Part shown: positions 8,632-16,305 of the stretch, piece by piece
Layout of the letters: each line of letters begins with the position of its first letter
Numbering within the stretch: position 1 is the first letter of the stretch
NCBI RefSeq assembly: GCF_000092105.1
Contig: NC_014148.1
Location: 2,340,001 to 2,372,000, forward strand
Length of the DNA: 32,000 nucleotides
From: Planctopirus limnophila DSM 3776
GTDB lineage: Bacteria; Planctomycetota; Planctomycetia; Planctomycetales; Planctomycetaceae
Direction of reading: 5' to 3'
Program-made: the position numbers and the translations under genes
The notes under the pieces: generated by a model
Told to the model about the DNA's origin: nothing
The model's database searches: none
Seen by the model: the letters and a program-made list of their open reading frames with translations, nothing else

Positions 8632-10689
8632 ATGAATTCCATAACGGACGATCAAACAGAAAACGTCTCTTCATTGTTCGCCGCCCAAAAAGCGTCTCTC
8701 GCGAAAAAAGCCTCTGCATGGGGTAGAAATCGGATCTTTATGCCCGCACGTTATTCGCGAATCGTGGCTCTGGCTGTCTGGGTTCTGGCCATACTGGTCA
8801 ACTTTTGGCCGTCACTGATTCTCGAGGGGCAGGAACCACCAGCAGGTCAGCCACAAACTTCCGCGGAACTGGCAACATCCCAGGATGCGTTGGCTGCCCG
8901 GTATCAGCGTTTTGAAAATACGCTGCAGCAGTTGGCAGAATATTTGCGAAAGACCGATCCGGCCCGGGCTGATTTGATTGTGCGGGCCATTGGGAAGAGT
9001 AAAGAAACCCGCGTTCCTGACCAAATGGAAGCCCTCGTCGAACTGTTGAAACAGGAGCGGCTGGGTGATGCCATTTCTCGACAGCAGGATCTCTCTGTGC
9101 AAATGGCTGCACTTTTAGAACTGCTTCAAAGCGAAGACCGCCGCGACGAAATCGAACGCGAACGGGCACGCGTGCAGGACCTGATCAAAGACGTCAATAA
9201 GCTCATCGGCCAGCAACAGGATACTCGTTCTGCAACCGAACGAGGCGGCCCTCTGGGCGACATCGAAAAGCGACAATCCAAAATCGCCGAAGATGCCCGC
9301 AAACTGACTCAAAAAATCGATCAGCAGGATGCAGCCAAGCGATCATCGAGCCCATCGCAGAGAAAAGGCGACTCTTCCGAAAGCAGTGAAAAACCGTCGG
9401 ATGGGAGTGAATCCAAAGATGGCGATCCCTCCAAGCCTGATTCTGGTGATTCGGAATCCAAGGATCCGATGAACAGCTCTGACGAAAAGAAGGGCTCAGA
9501 GGGTAAGGAAGGCCAATCTTCCGGGAAGAATGGCAAAGAAAAATCACCAGATTCGAAAACGCCACCGGAAGGCAAAAATGGCAAACCTTCGGAAAGCGAA
9601 GGTCAAGATCCCAAAGACCCTGCTTCTGAAAAGAAGCCGGGGGATTCTCCAGGCGATCCATCAAATGGAAAGCCGTCCGAGGGGAAACCATCCGAAGGAA
9701 AACCGTCTGAGGGAAAGCCTTCCCAAGGTAAGCCCTCTCAGGGTAAGCCATCTCAAGGCAAGCCCTCCCAAGGAAAACCATCGGAAGGCCAGCCCTCTGA
9801 AAGTCAGCCTTCGGAATCAGGGGATTCAGGTCAGTCTTCTCCGTCAAAAGATGAGAATGGCAAACAGCCTGAGAAAACACCCGGCCGTGACGAAGTCGAG
9901 CAATCAATTCGGGCCATGGATAAAGCGATCGAAGAGCTCCGCAAAAAAAATGCTGGCGGCGCTTCGGATCAACAGGACAAGGCACTGACCGATCTGATCA
10001 AAGCCCGCGAAAAACTCGAAGAGATCTTGCGACAACTGCGTGAAGAAGAGCGCGAGCTCATGCTGGCGGCCCTCGAATCCCGCTTCCGGGAAATGCTGGC
10101 CCGGGAAATCGCCATTTACAACAGCACCATGGGGTTAGCTTCTGTTCCTGAAAAACAGAGAACCGATCGTCATCGTTCACGGGCTCTTGAACTCTCTCGA
10201 CAGCAGAATGAACTGGTGCTCGAAGCGTCCAAGGCCTTGACGCTCCTCCGCGAAGAAGGCTCTTCAATTGCCTTCCCGGAAACCGTCGAGCAAATTCAAG
10301 CGGATATGAAGACCATTTCTCAGCGACTCGAAAGAGCTGATGTCGCCACGCTGACGCAGCAGATTGAAAAGGACGTGATTGAAGCTCTCGAAGAACTCGT
10401 CGATGCCTTAAGGCAGGAAATGGAAAAAATGAAAGACGAGAAACAGCAGCAACAACAGCAGCAGCAGCAACAGCAACAACAGAAGGCACTGGTCAATCAG
10501 CTGGCTGAGTTGAAGCTGCTGCGTTCACTTCAGTACCGCGTGAATCGACGCACGAAACTCATTGGGCGTCTTGTGGATGGTGAACAAGCCATCGATAACG
10601 ACATGATTGGTCAATTGCGAGAACTCGGGCTGCGGCAAGAGCAGGTTCGAAAAGCCACTTACGATCTTGCCACAGGAAGGAATGAGTAA
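8632..10689 (+). CDS. Hypothetical membrane-anchored coiled-coil protein with a long disordered S/K/E/D/G/P-rich core
   Basis: ATG 8632 is preceded by GGGGAGGG (8621-8628). One TM helix (IVALAVWVLAILVNFWPSLIL) is flanked by heptad-like helical regions. There are ten GKPS[EQ]-type pentapeptides and a 13-residue polyQ. The stop overlaps the next start (TAATG at 10687-10691). Confidence 0.75.
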   Translation: MNSITDDQTENVSSLFAAQKASLAKKASAWGRNRIFMPARYSRIVALAVWVLAILVNFWPSLILEGQEPPAGQPQTSAELATSQDALAARYQRFENTLQQLAEYLRKTDPARADLIVRAIGKSKETRVPDQMEALVELLKQERLGDAISRQQDLSVQMAALLELLQSEDRRDEIERERARVQDLIKDVNKLIGQQQDTRSATERGGPLGDIEKRQSKIAEDARKLTQKIDQQDAAKRSSSPSQRKGDSSESSEKPSDGSESKDGDPSKPDSGDSESKDPMNSSDEKKGSEGKEGQSSGKNGKEKSPDSKTPPEGKNGKPSESEGQDPKDPASEKKPGDSPGDPSNGKPSEGKPSEGKPSEGKPSQGKPSQGKPSQGKPSQGKPSEGQPSESQPSESGDSGQSSPSKDENGKQPEKTPGRDEVEQSIRAMDKAIEELRKKNAGGASDQQDKALTDLIKAREKLEEILRQLREEERELMLAALESRFREMLAREIAIYNSTMGLASVPEKQRTDRHRSRALELSRQQNELVLEASKALTLLREEGSSIAFPETVEQIQADMKTISQRLERADVATLTQQIEKDVIEALEELVDALRQEMEKMKDEKQQQQQQQQQQQQQKALVNQLAELKLLRSLQYRVNRRTKLIGRLVDGEQAIDNDMIGQLRELGLRQEQVRKATYDLATGRNE
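9667..9816 (+). repeat. In-frame 15-bp tandem repeat, 10 units, encoding GKPSE/GKPSQ/GQPSE/SQPSE
   Basis: Read directly from the sequence: ggaaagccgtccgag, gggaaaccatccgaa, ggaaaaccgtctgag, ggaaagccttcccaa, ggtaagccctctcag, ggtaagccatctcaa, ggcaagccctcccaa, ggaaaaccatcggaa, ggccagccctctgaa, agtcagccttcggaa. The units differ mostly at wobble positions. Confidence 0.95.
10444..10482 (+). repeat. CAG/CAA trinucleotide run encoding 13 consecutive glutamines
   Basis: Thirteen mixed cag/caa codons are read in frame with the 8632 ORF, flanked by Lys codons. Confidence 0.95.
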
Positions 10690-11840
10690 TGTCGTCATTC
10701 ACTTTCACGGATTTTTTCACGCGAACTTCGCCAGCCGGAGACGCGACACGACTCCAGAACCATCGATCTCCGTGTTGGCAGGTGAGTCTGTTGAGCATCT
10801 GCTTCTGGATGCTGACGGGTTCATTGGTGGCCCCATCAACCTTTGCGCAAGAATCGTCTGTCGATGTTTTTGCTCCTCCCTCAGCAACCATAGTTGAGAC
10901 CAAGCTCAGGCAAAGTCTCCTGAATCTGAAGAATCCTCCTGCCGATCTGGAATCCCTAATTGCGCCATTTCAGGAAGCGACAGACGTCGATTCCCGACTG
11001 CTGAAAGTGGTTCAGATTGCCGCCAGTGCAGATCCTGAGATTGGCCGACTGGTCGCCCAGTGCAATCAGCCCACACTGACCCCAGATCCAGCACGGATCC
11101 CAGATCCAGCCCAGTGGTCAGCCATGATGAGCCGCAGTGATCTTACGCCTTTTCTCAAGTCCAATCTCGCCTTGTATTACGGAAGATATCTTGTTGAGCG
11201 GCAGTTGTATGATGAAGCCCAGCTGGAGCTGGCGGCAACCGATGCTCGCGAAGTTGTCTCGCCCGCCACTCTGTTTTTTTTCCGAGCCGTTGTGGCCCAG
11301 GCTTTACTTGATATCGAGAACTGCCGGTTAGCTCTGAATCAGCTGCTCGAAAAGACTCAGGATTCTCCATTACGTTATCGCTCGACAGCTGAGTTGATCA
11401 AAGCCGATCTCGATGCTTTCGAAGCGAAGTCGCTAGGAGAAGTCGCTCGATTAATGGCCGATTCCCGCCGTCGGCTGGATCTGGGCCGCGCGGGTGAAAA
11501 AGTGCAGGGAGTTCAGGAAAAGATCATCACGAACCTCGATGAACTCATCAAAAAGATCGAGCAGCAGATGGGTGGAGGCGGCGGTGGTGGTGGCGGTGAA
11601 GGTGGAAACTCCAACGAAAGTGGGGGTGCTGCTGAAGACAGCTCTGTCAAAGGGGCAACAGCCCCCGGTGAAAGCGAAAAGAAAAAGTTCTCCAAAGACG
11701 GAGCCTGGGGGAATCTTCCCGAAAAGCAGCAGGCTGAAGCCCGTAATATCATCAGTCGGAGCTTTCCTCCGAATTACGGCCGAGCGATCGATGCCTACTC
11801 GAAAAAACTGGCCAATCGCCCGGCGAAACCATCCCCATGA
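10689..11840 (+). CDS. Hypothetical secreted helical-repeat (TPR-like) protein with a poly-Gly tract
   Basis: ATG 10689 shares one base with the upstream TAA. The N-terminal hydrophobic segment ends in TFAQE, which looks like a signal peptide. A helical middle region (LALYYGRYLVERQLYDEAQLEL) is followed by GGGGGGGGEGG. The C-terminal LPEKQQAEARNIISRSFPPNYGRAIDAYSKKLA motif resembles tails seen in MoxR/VWA-cluster proteins; that resemblance is from memory, not a search. Confidence 0.7.
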   Translation: MSSFTFTDFFTRTSPAGDATRLQNHRSPCWQVSLLSICFWMLTGSLVAPSTFAQESSVDVFAPPSATIVETKLRQSLLNLKNPPADLESLIAPFQEATDVDSRLLKVVQIAASADPEIGRLVAQCNQPTLTPDPARIPDPAQWSAMMSRSDLTPFLKSNLALYYGRYLVERQLYDEAQLELAATDAREVVSPATLFFFRAVVAQALLDIENCRLALNQLLEKTQDSPLRYRSTAELIKADLDAFEAKSLGEVARLMADSRRRLDLGRAGEKVQGVQEKIITNLDELIKKIEQQMGGGGGGGGGEGGNSNESGGAAEDSSVKGATAPGESEKKKFSKDGAWGNLPEKQQAEARNIISRSFPPNYGRAIDAYSKKLANRPAKPSP

Positions 11841-11955
11841 AATCCAAGCACCTCTCACACAAATCAACTGATCGCTCCGAGTTTTTACGAAACCTGGTGG
11901 ATCGAGAGCCTGAAAAACCACTGAAAATTCTGTGATGCTGCCGGAGTAGAAACTT

Positions 11956-13197
11956 ATGCGAGGGATTTCGCTTATCGTTCAATCAGCCACCAGATTTTCC
12001 GTGGTCACTAATGGATTGTTTCTGGCAATCTGGTCGGTGACACCCTCACTTCTGATCGCGGCTGAACTCCCTGTGGCCGTTGAACTCCTGTCAGGAACAG
12101 TCACAAATGCCGAACTTGTGCAGCTCAACGAGACCATTGCAAAACTCAAGCAGCCAGAAGGCGTTATTGAGGTTCCCCTCTCTCAAGTCCTGACTTTGAA
12201 GCAGGCCACCGCTTCAAAACCACCGCGTACTGTTGAAGCTGAAAAAGCCCTGACAGATGCCGCGCTTCGCGATGGCAGTCGCCTCAAACTCAGCAGCCTG
12301 AGCCTGCAGGAGAGTCGTCTACTGGGGAAGCATCCGGTCTGGGGCGAGATGGAGTTTGGGCGAAATGAAGTCACTTCCCTCAGGCTGGCTGCCACCGATA
12401 CGAAAGTCGATGCCGCCTGGAAAGAACTTTCGAGCCGAGACTTAACGCGTGATCTTGTCGTTCTGCGGAAAGGTGATGTTCTTGATCATCTGGAAGGGAC
12501 TGTTATTGGCATTGGTGAGAAAACCATTCAGTTCTTGCTCGATGGGGATGAAGTCCCTGTTAAAAGGGAACGTGTTTTTGGAATCGTCCTGGCAAAGGGT
12601 GAAGTGCAGAGCCCATCCCTCATTCGATGTGATCTGGACAACAATGAAACGATCCTCGTTGATCAGGTGAGTCTGGCCGACGGAAAGTGGATCCTCTCTC
12701 GTCAGGGTCAGAACTACGAAGCGGATCTGGAATACGGCCCGATTTCCATCGATTACAGCTCCGGGAAATTGCTTTATCTCTCAGAGCAGGAGCCTCGATC
12801 GGCCAAGTACACGCCTTTTTTCGGCTACACCTGGGAGTACCGGAAAGATCGAAGTTTCGAAGGCAGGCCATTGGCTGTCGGTCAGCGAACTTATCGCAGA
12901 GGTCTGGCGATTCACTCGAAGTCAGAAATGACATGGCAATTGGGTGGAGAATTTCGCCGCTTTCAAACCGTCATGGGTTACGACCCGGAAATTTCAACTG
13001 CCAGCACCGCACTGGTACGTATTCTGGGTGATGGCAAAGAGTTGCTGAAGGTTGATCTGGTTCGTGGAAACCCGCCACATTCAGTTGATCTGGATATCAC
13101 AGACATCTCTCAATTGACTATCGTCGTCGACTTTGGAACGGATGAAGTGGATATCGGTGACCGCATTCATTTTGGTAATGCGAAGGTCGTAAAATAA
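11956..13197 (+). CDS. Exported NPCBM/NEW2 (putative carbohydrate-binding) domain protein
   Basis: 413 aa with a hydrophobic N-terminus. The C-terminal ~150 aa (YRRGLAIHSKSEMTWQLGGEFRRFQTVMGYDPE...ILGDGKELLKVDL...LTIVVDFGTDEVDIGDRIHFGNAKV) matches the NPCBM/NEW2 pattern (GLxxHAxSxxxYxLxGxYxxFxxxxGxDD...GDGxxL...DxxDxADW). Confidence 0.75.
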   Translation: MRGISLIVQSATRFSVVTNGLFLAIWSVTPSLLIAAELPVAVELLSGTVTNAELVQLNETIAKLKQPEGVIEVPLSQVLTLKQATASKPPRTVEAEKALTDAALRDGSRLKLSSLSLQESRLLGKHPVWGEMEFGRNEVTSLRLAATDTKVDAAWKELSSRDLTRDLVVLRKGDVLDHLEGTVIGIGEKTIQFLLDGDEVPVKRERVFGIVLAKGEVQSPSLIRCDLDNNETILVDQVSLADGKWILSRQGQNYEADLEYGPISIDYSSGKLLYLSEQEPRSAKYTPFFGYTWEYRKDRSFEGRPLAVGQRTYRRGLAIHSKSEMTWQLGGEFRRFQTVMGYDPEISTASTALVRILGDGKELLKVDLVRGNPPHSVDLDITDISQLTIVVDFGTDEVDIGDRIHFGNAKVVK

Positions 13198-15089
13198 TGC
13201 AGTACGCAATTCGATTCGATTGTTTTCGTTTGATGATGGTCATTGGTCTGATGATCCCGGCTTTTCCACAACTGCTCACCCGAGCCTTTGCAGATCAGAT
13301 CGTCCCCGGGAATACATCCCTCTCGAACGATACTCAGGATGCCGGGCAGTCCCAGCCCGAGAAGATTCCTGCGATCGTGAAAGAAGCTGAGCAGAAGCGG
13401 ATTCAAATGATCCGCGACGTCTCACCTGCAGTTGTCGCCATCTTTTCGAGCTCAGGCGATGGAGGTGGATCGGGCGTTTTGATTTCCCCCGACGGATTCG
13501 CTTTGTCGAATTTCCACGTGACCAGTGGTGCTGGCAACTTCATGAAGTGCGGACTCAACGACGGAAAACTCTACGATGCCGTCATCGTAGGAATCGACCC
13601 GACAGGCGATGTCGCACTCATTCAACTGCAAGGACGCCAGGATTTTCCCTTTGCCCGGATGGGAAACAGTGATCTGCTGAAACCTGGGGATGCCGTTTTC
13701 GCGATGGGAAACCCGTTTCTTCTGGCCACGGATTTCACTCCCACCATCACCGCAGGGATTGTGAGCGGCCTGCATCGATACCAATATCCTGCGGGAACAT
13801 TTTTAGAGTACGCCGACTGTATACAGACCGATGCTTCCATCAACCCTGGTAACTCAGGGGGGCCACTGTTCAATCTGCAGGGTGAACTGATCGGGATTAA
13901 CGGCCGGGGATCATTCGAGAAGCGTGGCCGTGTGAATTCAGGGGCCGGATACGCGATTTCGATCAATCAGATCCGGTACTTTCTGGGCCACTTGAAGTCG
14001 GGACGAATTGTCGATCACGCCACTTTGGGTGCCACAGTTCGCTCGGGATCATCACGAGAAGTCCTTGTCGATCAGGTGCTAGAAGGTTCGAGTGCCTGGA
14101 ACGCCGGTCTTCGAGAAGGTGATGAAATTGTCACCTTTGCCGGACGCCCGATGGGAAGTGTCAACCAGTTCAAGAATGTGCTGGGGATCTTTCCTAAAGG
14201 TTGGTCACTCCCCATGGTTTACCGCCGGGATGGGCAGAAGCAGGAGATTCTTGTTGAACTGGCCGCTTTGCATACCGATACGGAACTGATGGAATTTGCC
14301 TCAGGTGGCGCAGCCCGTCCTGCAGAAAAACCCGGGCAGCCCAAACCCGGTCAACCCAAACCGGGAGAAAAGCCGACTCCTCAAGAGTCTCCCCCGGAAG
14401 GACACTCAGAGAAGCCTGCTGAAAAGCTTTCTCCAGAGCTTAAAAAGCTCTTCCAATCGAAAGCCGGATTTACCAACTATCACTTCAATCAACGGGAACA
14501 GAAACGCCTCATCGGGCATTTGGCGAGTCTCTCTGGTTGGCGGGGTGCCACTGGTTTGTGGAAGTTCGCAGGGGACGACGCCAAAGGTACGAATCTTTCG
14601 CTGATTCTTTCGCCAGATGGTGCTGGCATGCAGTGGGGTGAAACTCCGTTTCTTCAGCCCGCTGCAGGAGCCAACTGGATTGATGAACCACCATCCAGCG
14701 GAGGATTTCTTGCTGCTATGCTGCACTGGAAATGGCTGCTGACCGAAGGCCCGGAGGCATTTTCTGACGTCTACTATCTGGGTACACAACCCCTGGATGG
14801 CCAATTGGGTGATGCTCTTAACACCCAACTTTACGATGCACTGGTTCTCTCGAAGACCGGGGCTACCATGACAGTCTTCTTCCGTGAGGATGGAGTGATT
14901 GCCGGCTTTGATTTTAAGGCCTCCCGCGACCAGCCAACCTGCAATATCAGGTTCTCTTCATGGGGGACACTCGGCGGCCACCCCTTTCCACAAGTGCTCA
15001 AAGTCTCATCTTCTGGTCGTTCTTTTGGTGAATTCACGCTGAAAACCTTCGAGCAGAAATCCTCCACTTCCAGCGAGGCCACTCGATGA
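13197..15089 (+). CDS. S1C (HtrA/DegP-like) trypsin-fold serine protease with PDZ domain and a C-terminal domain of unknown function; triad intact
   Basis: ATG 13197 shares a base with the upstream TAA (TAATG). The signal peptide ends in AFA/DQ. The triad context is intact: SNFHV (His codon 13515-13517), GDVALIQL, NPGNSGGPLF (Ser codon 13854-13856). A PDZ-like segment (GLREGDEIVTFAGRPM) is followed by a Pro/Lys-rich linker and then ~230 aa of unrecognised sequence. Confidence 0.9.
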   Translation: MQYAIRFDCFRLMMVIGLMIPAFPQLLTRAFADQIVPGNTSLSNDTQDAGQSQPEKIPAIVKEAEQKRIQMIRDVSPAVVAIFSSSGDGGGSGVLISPDGFALSNFHVTSGAGNFMKCGLNDGKLYDAVIVGIDPTGDVALIQLQGRQDFPFARMGNSDLLKPGDAVFAMGNPFLLATDFTPTITAGIVSGLHRYQYPAGTFLEYADCIQTDASINPGNSGGPLFNLQGELIGINGRGSFEKRGRVNSGAGYAISINQIRYFLGHLKSGRIVDHATLGATVRSGSSREVLVDQVLEGSSAWNAGLREGDEIVTFAGRPMGSVNQFKNVLGIFPKGWSLPMVYRRDGQKQEILVELAALHTDTELMEFASGGAARPAEKPGQPKPGQPKPGEKPTPQESPPEGHSEKPAEKLSPELKKLFQSKAGFTNYHFNQREQKRLIGHLASLSGWRGATGLWKFAGDDAKGTNLSLILSPDGAGMQWGETPFLQPAAGANWIDEPPSSGGFLAAMLHWKWLLTEGPEAFSDVYYLGTQPLDGQLGDALNTQLYDALVLSKTGATMTVFFREDGVIAGFDFKASRDQPTCNIRFSSWGTLGGHPFPQVLKVSSSGRSFGEFTLKTFEQKSSTSSEATR

Positions 15090-16219
15090 AACATCACGCC
15101 TTGCACCTCCGAAAAATGCTCCACACAAACCGGTGGATCTCCAAAAGTGACCTCCACGGACCAGGCCTGGCCTGGCTGATGAGTATCTGTTTCTTACTTT
15201 GCGGCTCACAGTTTCTGCCAGCTGCAGATGACGAAATGATTACCGAAGTTCAGCCGAAACTGGTCAAGATCTTCGGGGCCGGAGGGTTGAGAAATCTGTA
15301 TTCGTACAACACGGGGTTTTTAATCTCATCGGAAGGTCACATAGCCACAATCTGGAATCATGTTCTCGACCAGAACACCGTCACCGTTATCCTGCATGAT
15401 GGTCGCCGTTACGAAGGCAAGGTTCTGGGGGCGGAACCAGGTCTGGATCTGGCGATCGTCAAAATTGATGAAACGCAGCTTGAACATTTCGAGATTGGTG
15501 ACCCCTCGTCAGGATCGCCATTTCCTCTGGCTGCTCCCGGAACTCGCATTGTCGCCTTCAGCAATATGTTCAAAGTCGCCACTGGTGATGAACCTGTCTC
15601 GGTCATTCAAGGAGTGATTGCTGCCCGGACAAAGTTGCCCACGCGTCGCGGAGCTTACGAATCTTCTTTTCCGGGTGAAGTCTATGTGATTGATGCGATC
15701 ACCAATAACCCCGGTGCCGGTGGAGGAATTGTGACGACCGTCGATGGTCGATTGTTAGGCATGATCGGAAAAGAGGTCAAAAATGCCGACCTGAATACCT
15801 GGGTCAACTATGCGATTCCCATTTCGCATTTGCAGCAGGCCATGACTGAGATCATGACTGGCAACTTCCGCAGTTCGAAAAACACGGATGACGATAAAAA
15901 ACCTGCCGGGCAAGTCCCACTGTTTCACTCGACTGACTTCGGGATCGTCATGCTCCCAAATGTCGTCCCCAGAACACCAGCCTACGTGGATCGAATTCTT
16001 CCTGGATCCGCCGCCGAGGTCGCTGGTCTCAAACCCAATGATCTGATTCTGTTTGTCGGGGATGAACTCATTCAATCCTGCGGCGAATTTCTGGATCAGA
16101 TCGGTCGGCTCGAAAGTGGCGGCAAAGTGAAACTGATTGTTCGCCGGGAGAATGCGCTCATCACTACGGAACTCCCCATCCCTCGGAAATCAAGACCTCC
16201 TGCAAAACCACTCAGGTAG
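15086..16219 (+). CDS. HtrA-like trypsin-fold/PDZ protein lacking the nucleophile serine (probable pseudoprotease)
   Basis: There is an ATGA overlap with the upstream gene (15086-15089) and a signal-like N-terminus. WNHV and LDLAIVKI are retained, but the protein reads NPGAGGG where GNSGG is expected (Gly codon 15719-15721). The C-terminal PDZ is GLKPNDLILFVGDELI. Confidence 0.85.
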   Translation: MKHHALHLRKMLHTNRWISKSDLHGPGLAWLMSICFLLCGSQFLPAADDEMITEVQPKLVKIFGAGGLRNLYSYNTGFLISSEGHIATIWNHVLDQNTVTVILHDGRRYEGKVLGAEPGLDLAIVKIDETQLEHFEIGDPSSGSPFPLAAPGTRIVAFSNMFKVATGDEPVSVIQGVIAARTKLPTRRGAYESSFPGEVYVIDAITNNPGAGGGIVTTVDGRLLGMIGKEVKNADLNTWVNYAIPISHLQQAMTEIMTGNFRSSKNTDDDKKPAGQVPLFHSTDFGIVMLPNVVPRTPAYVDRILPGSAAEVAGLKPNDLILFVGDELIQSCGEFLDQIGRLESGGKVKLIVRRENALITTELPIPRKSRPPAKPLR

Positions 16220-16305
16220 ATCCATCGTTCCTTAGCGGGGTATACCTCGGAAGTACCCGCGAAGACTGATGCTGTGACCTGTCAATTGAATGTCGTGAGA
16301 CCGTT

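Noticed and set aside
9667-9816. A regular 15-bp repeat array, considered as a possible CRISPR or other non-coding array
   Set aside because: The units are contiguous with no spacers and far too short for CRISPR repeats. They are in frame within a long ORF and encode a coherent pentapeptide repeat.
9203-9985. A 260-aa antisense ORF opposite the disordered region of the 8632-10689 gene
   Set aside because: It lies entirely within the low-complexity, repeat-rich segment, where stop-free reverse frames arise by composition. Its translation is Pro/Ser/Phe/Leu-rich with no motif. The sense-strand gene has a strong SD, a TM helix and coupled neighbours.
11451-11921. A 156-aa antisense ORF across the poly-Gly region and 3' end of the 10689-11840 gene
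   Set aside because: The open frame is explained by the GC-rich Gly-codon run on the sense strand. It has no motif, it extends into the intergenic region without start-site support, and it conflicts with a translationally coupled sense gene.
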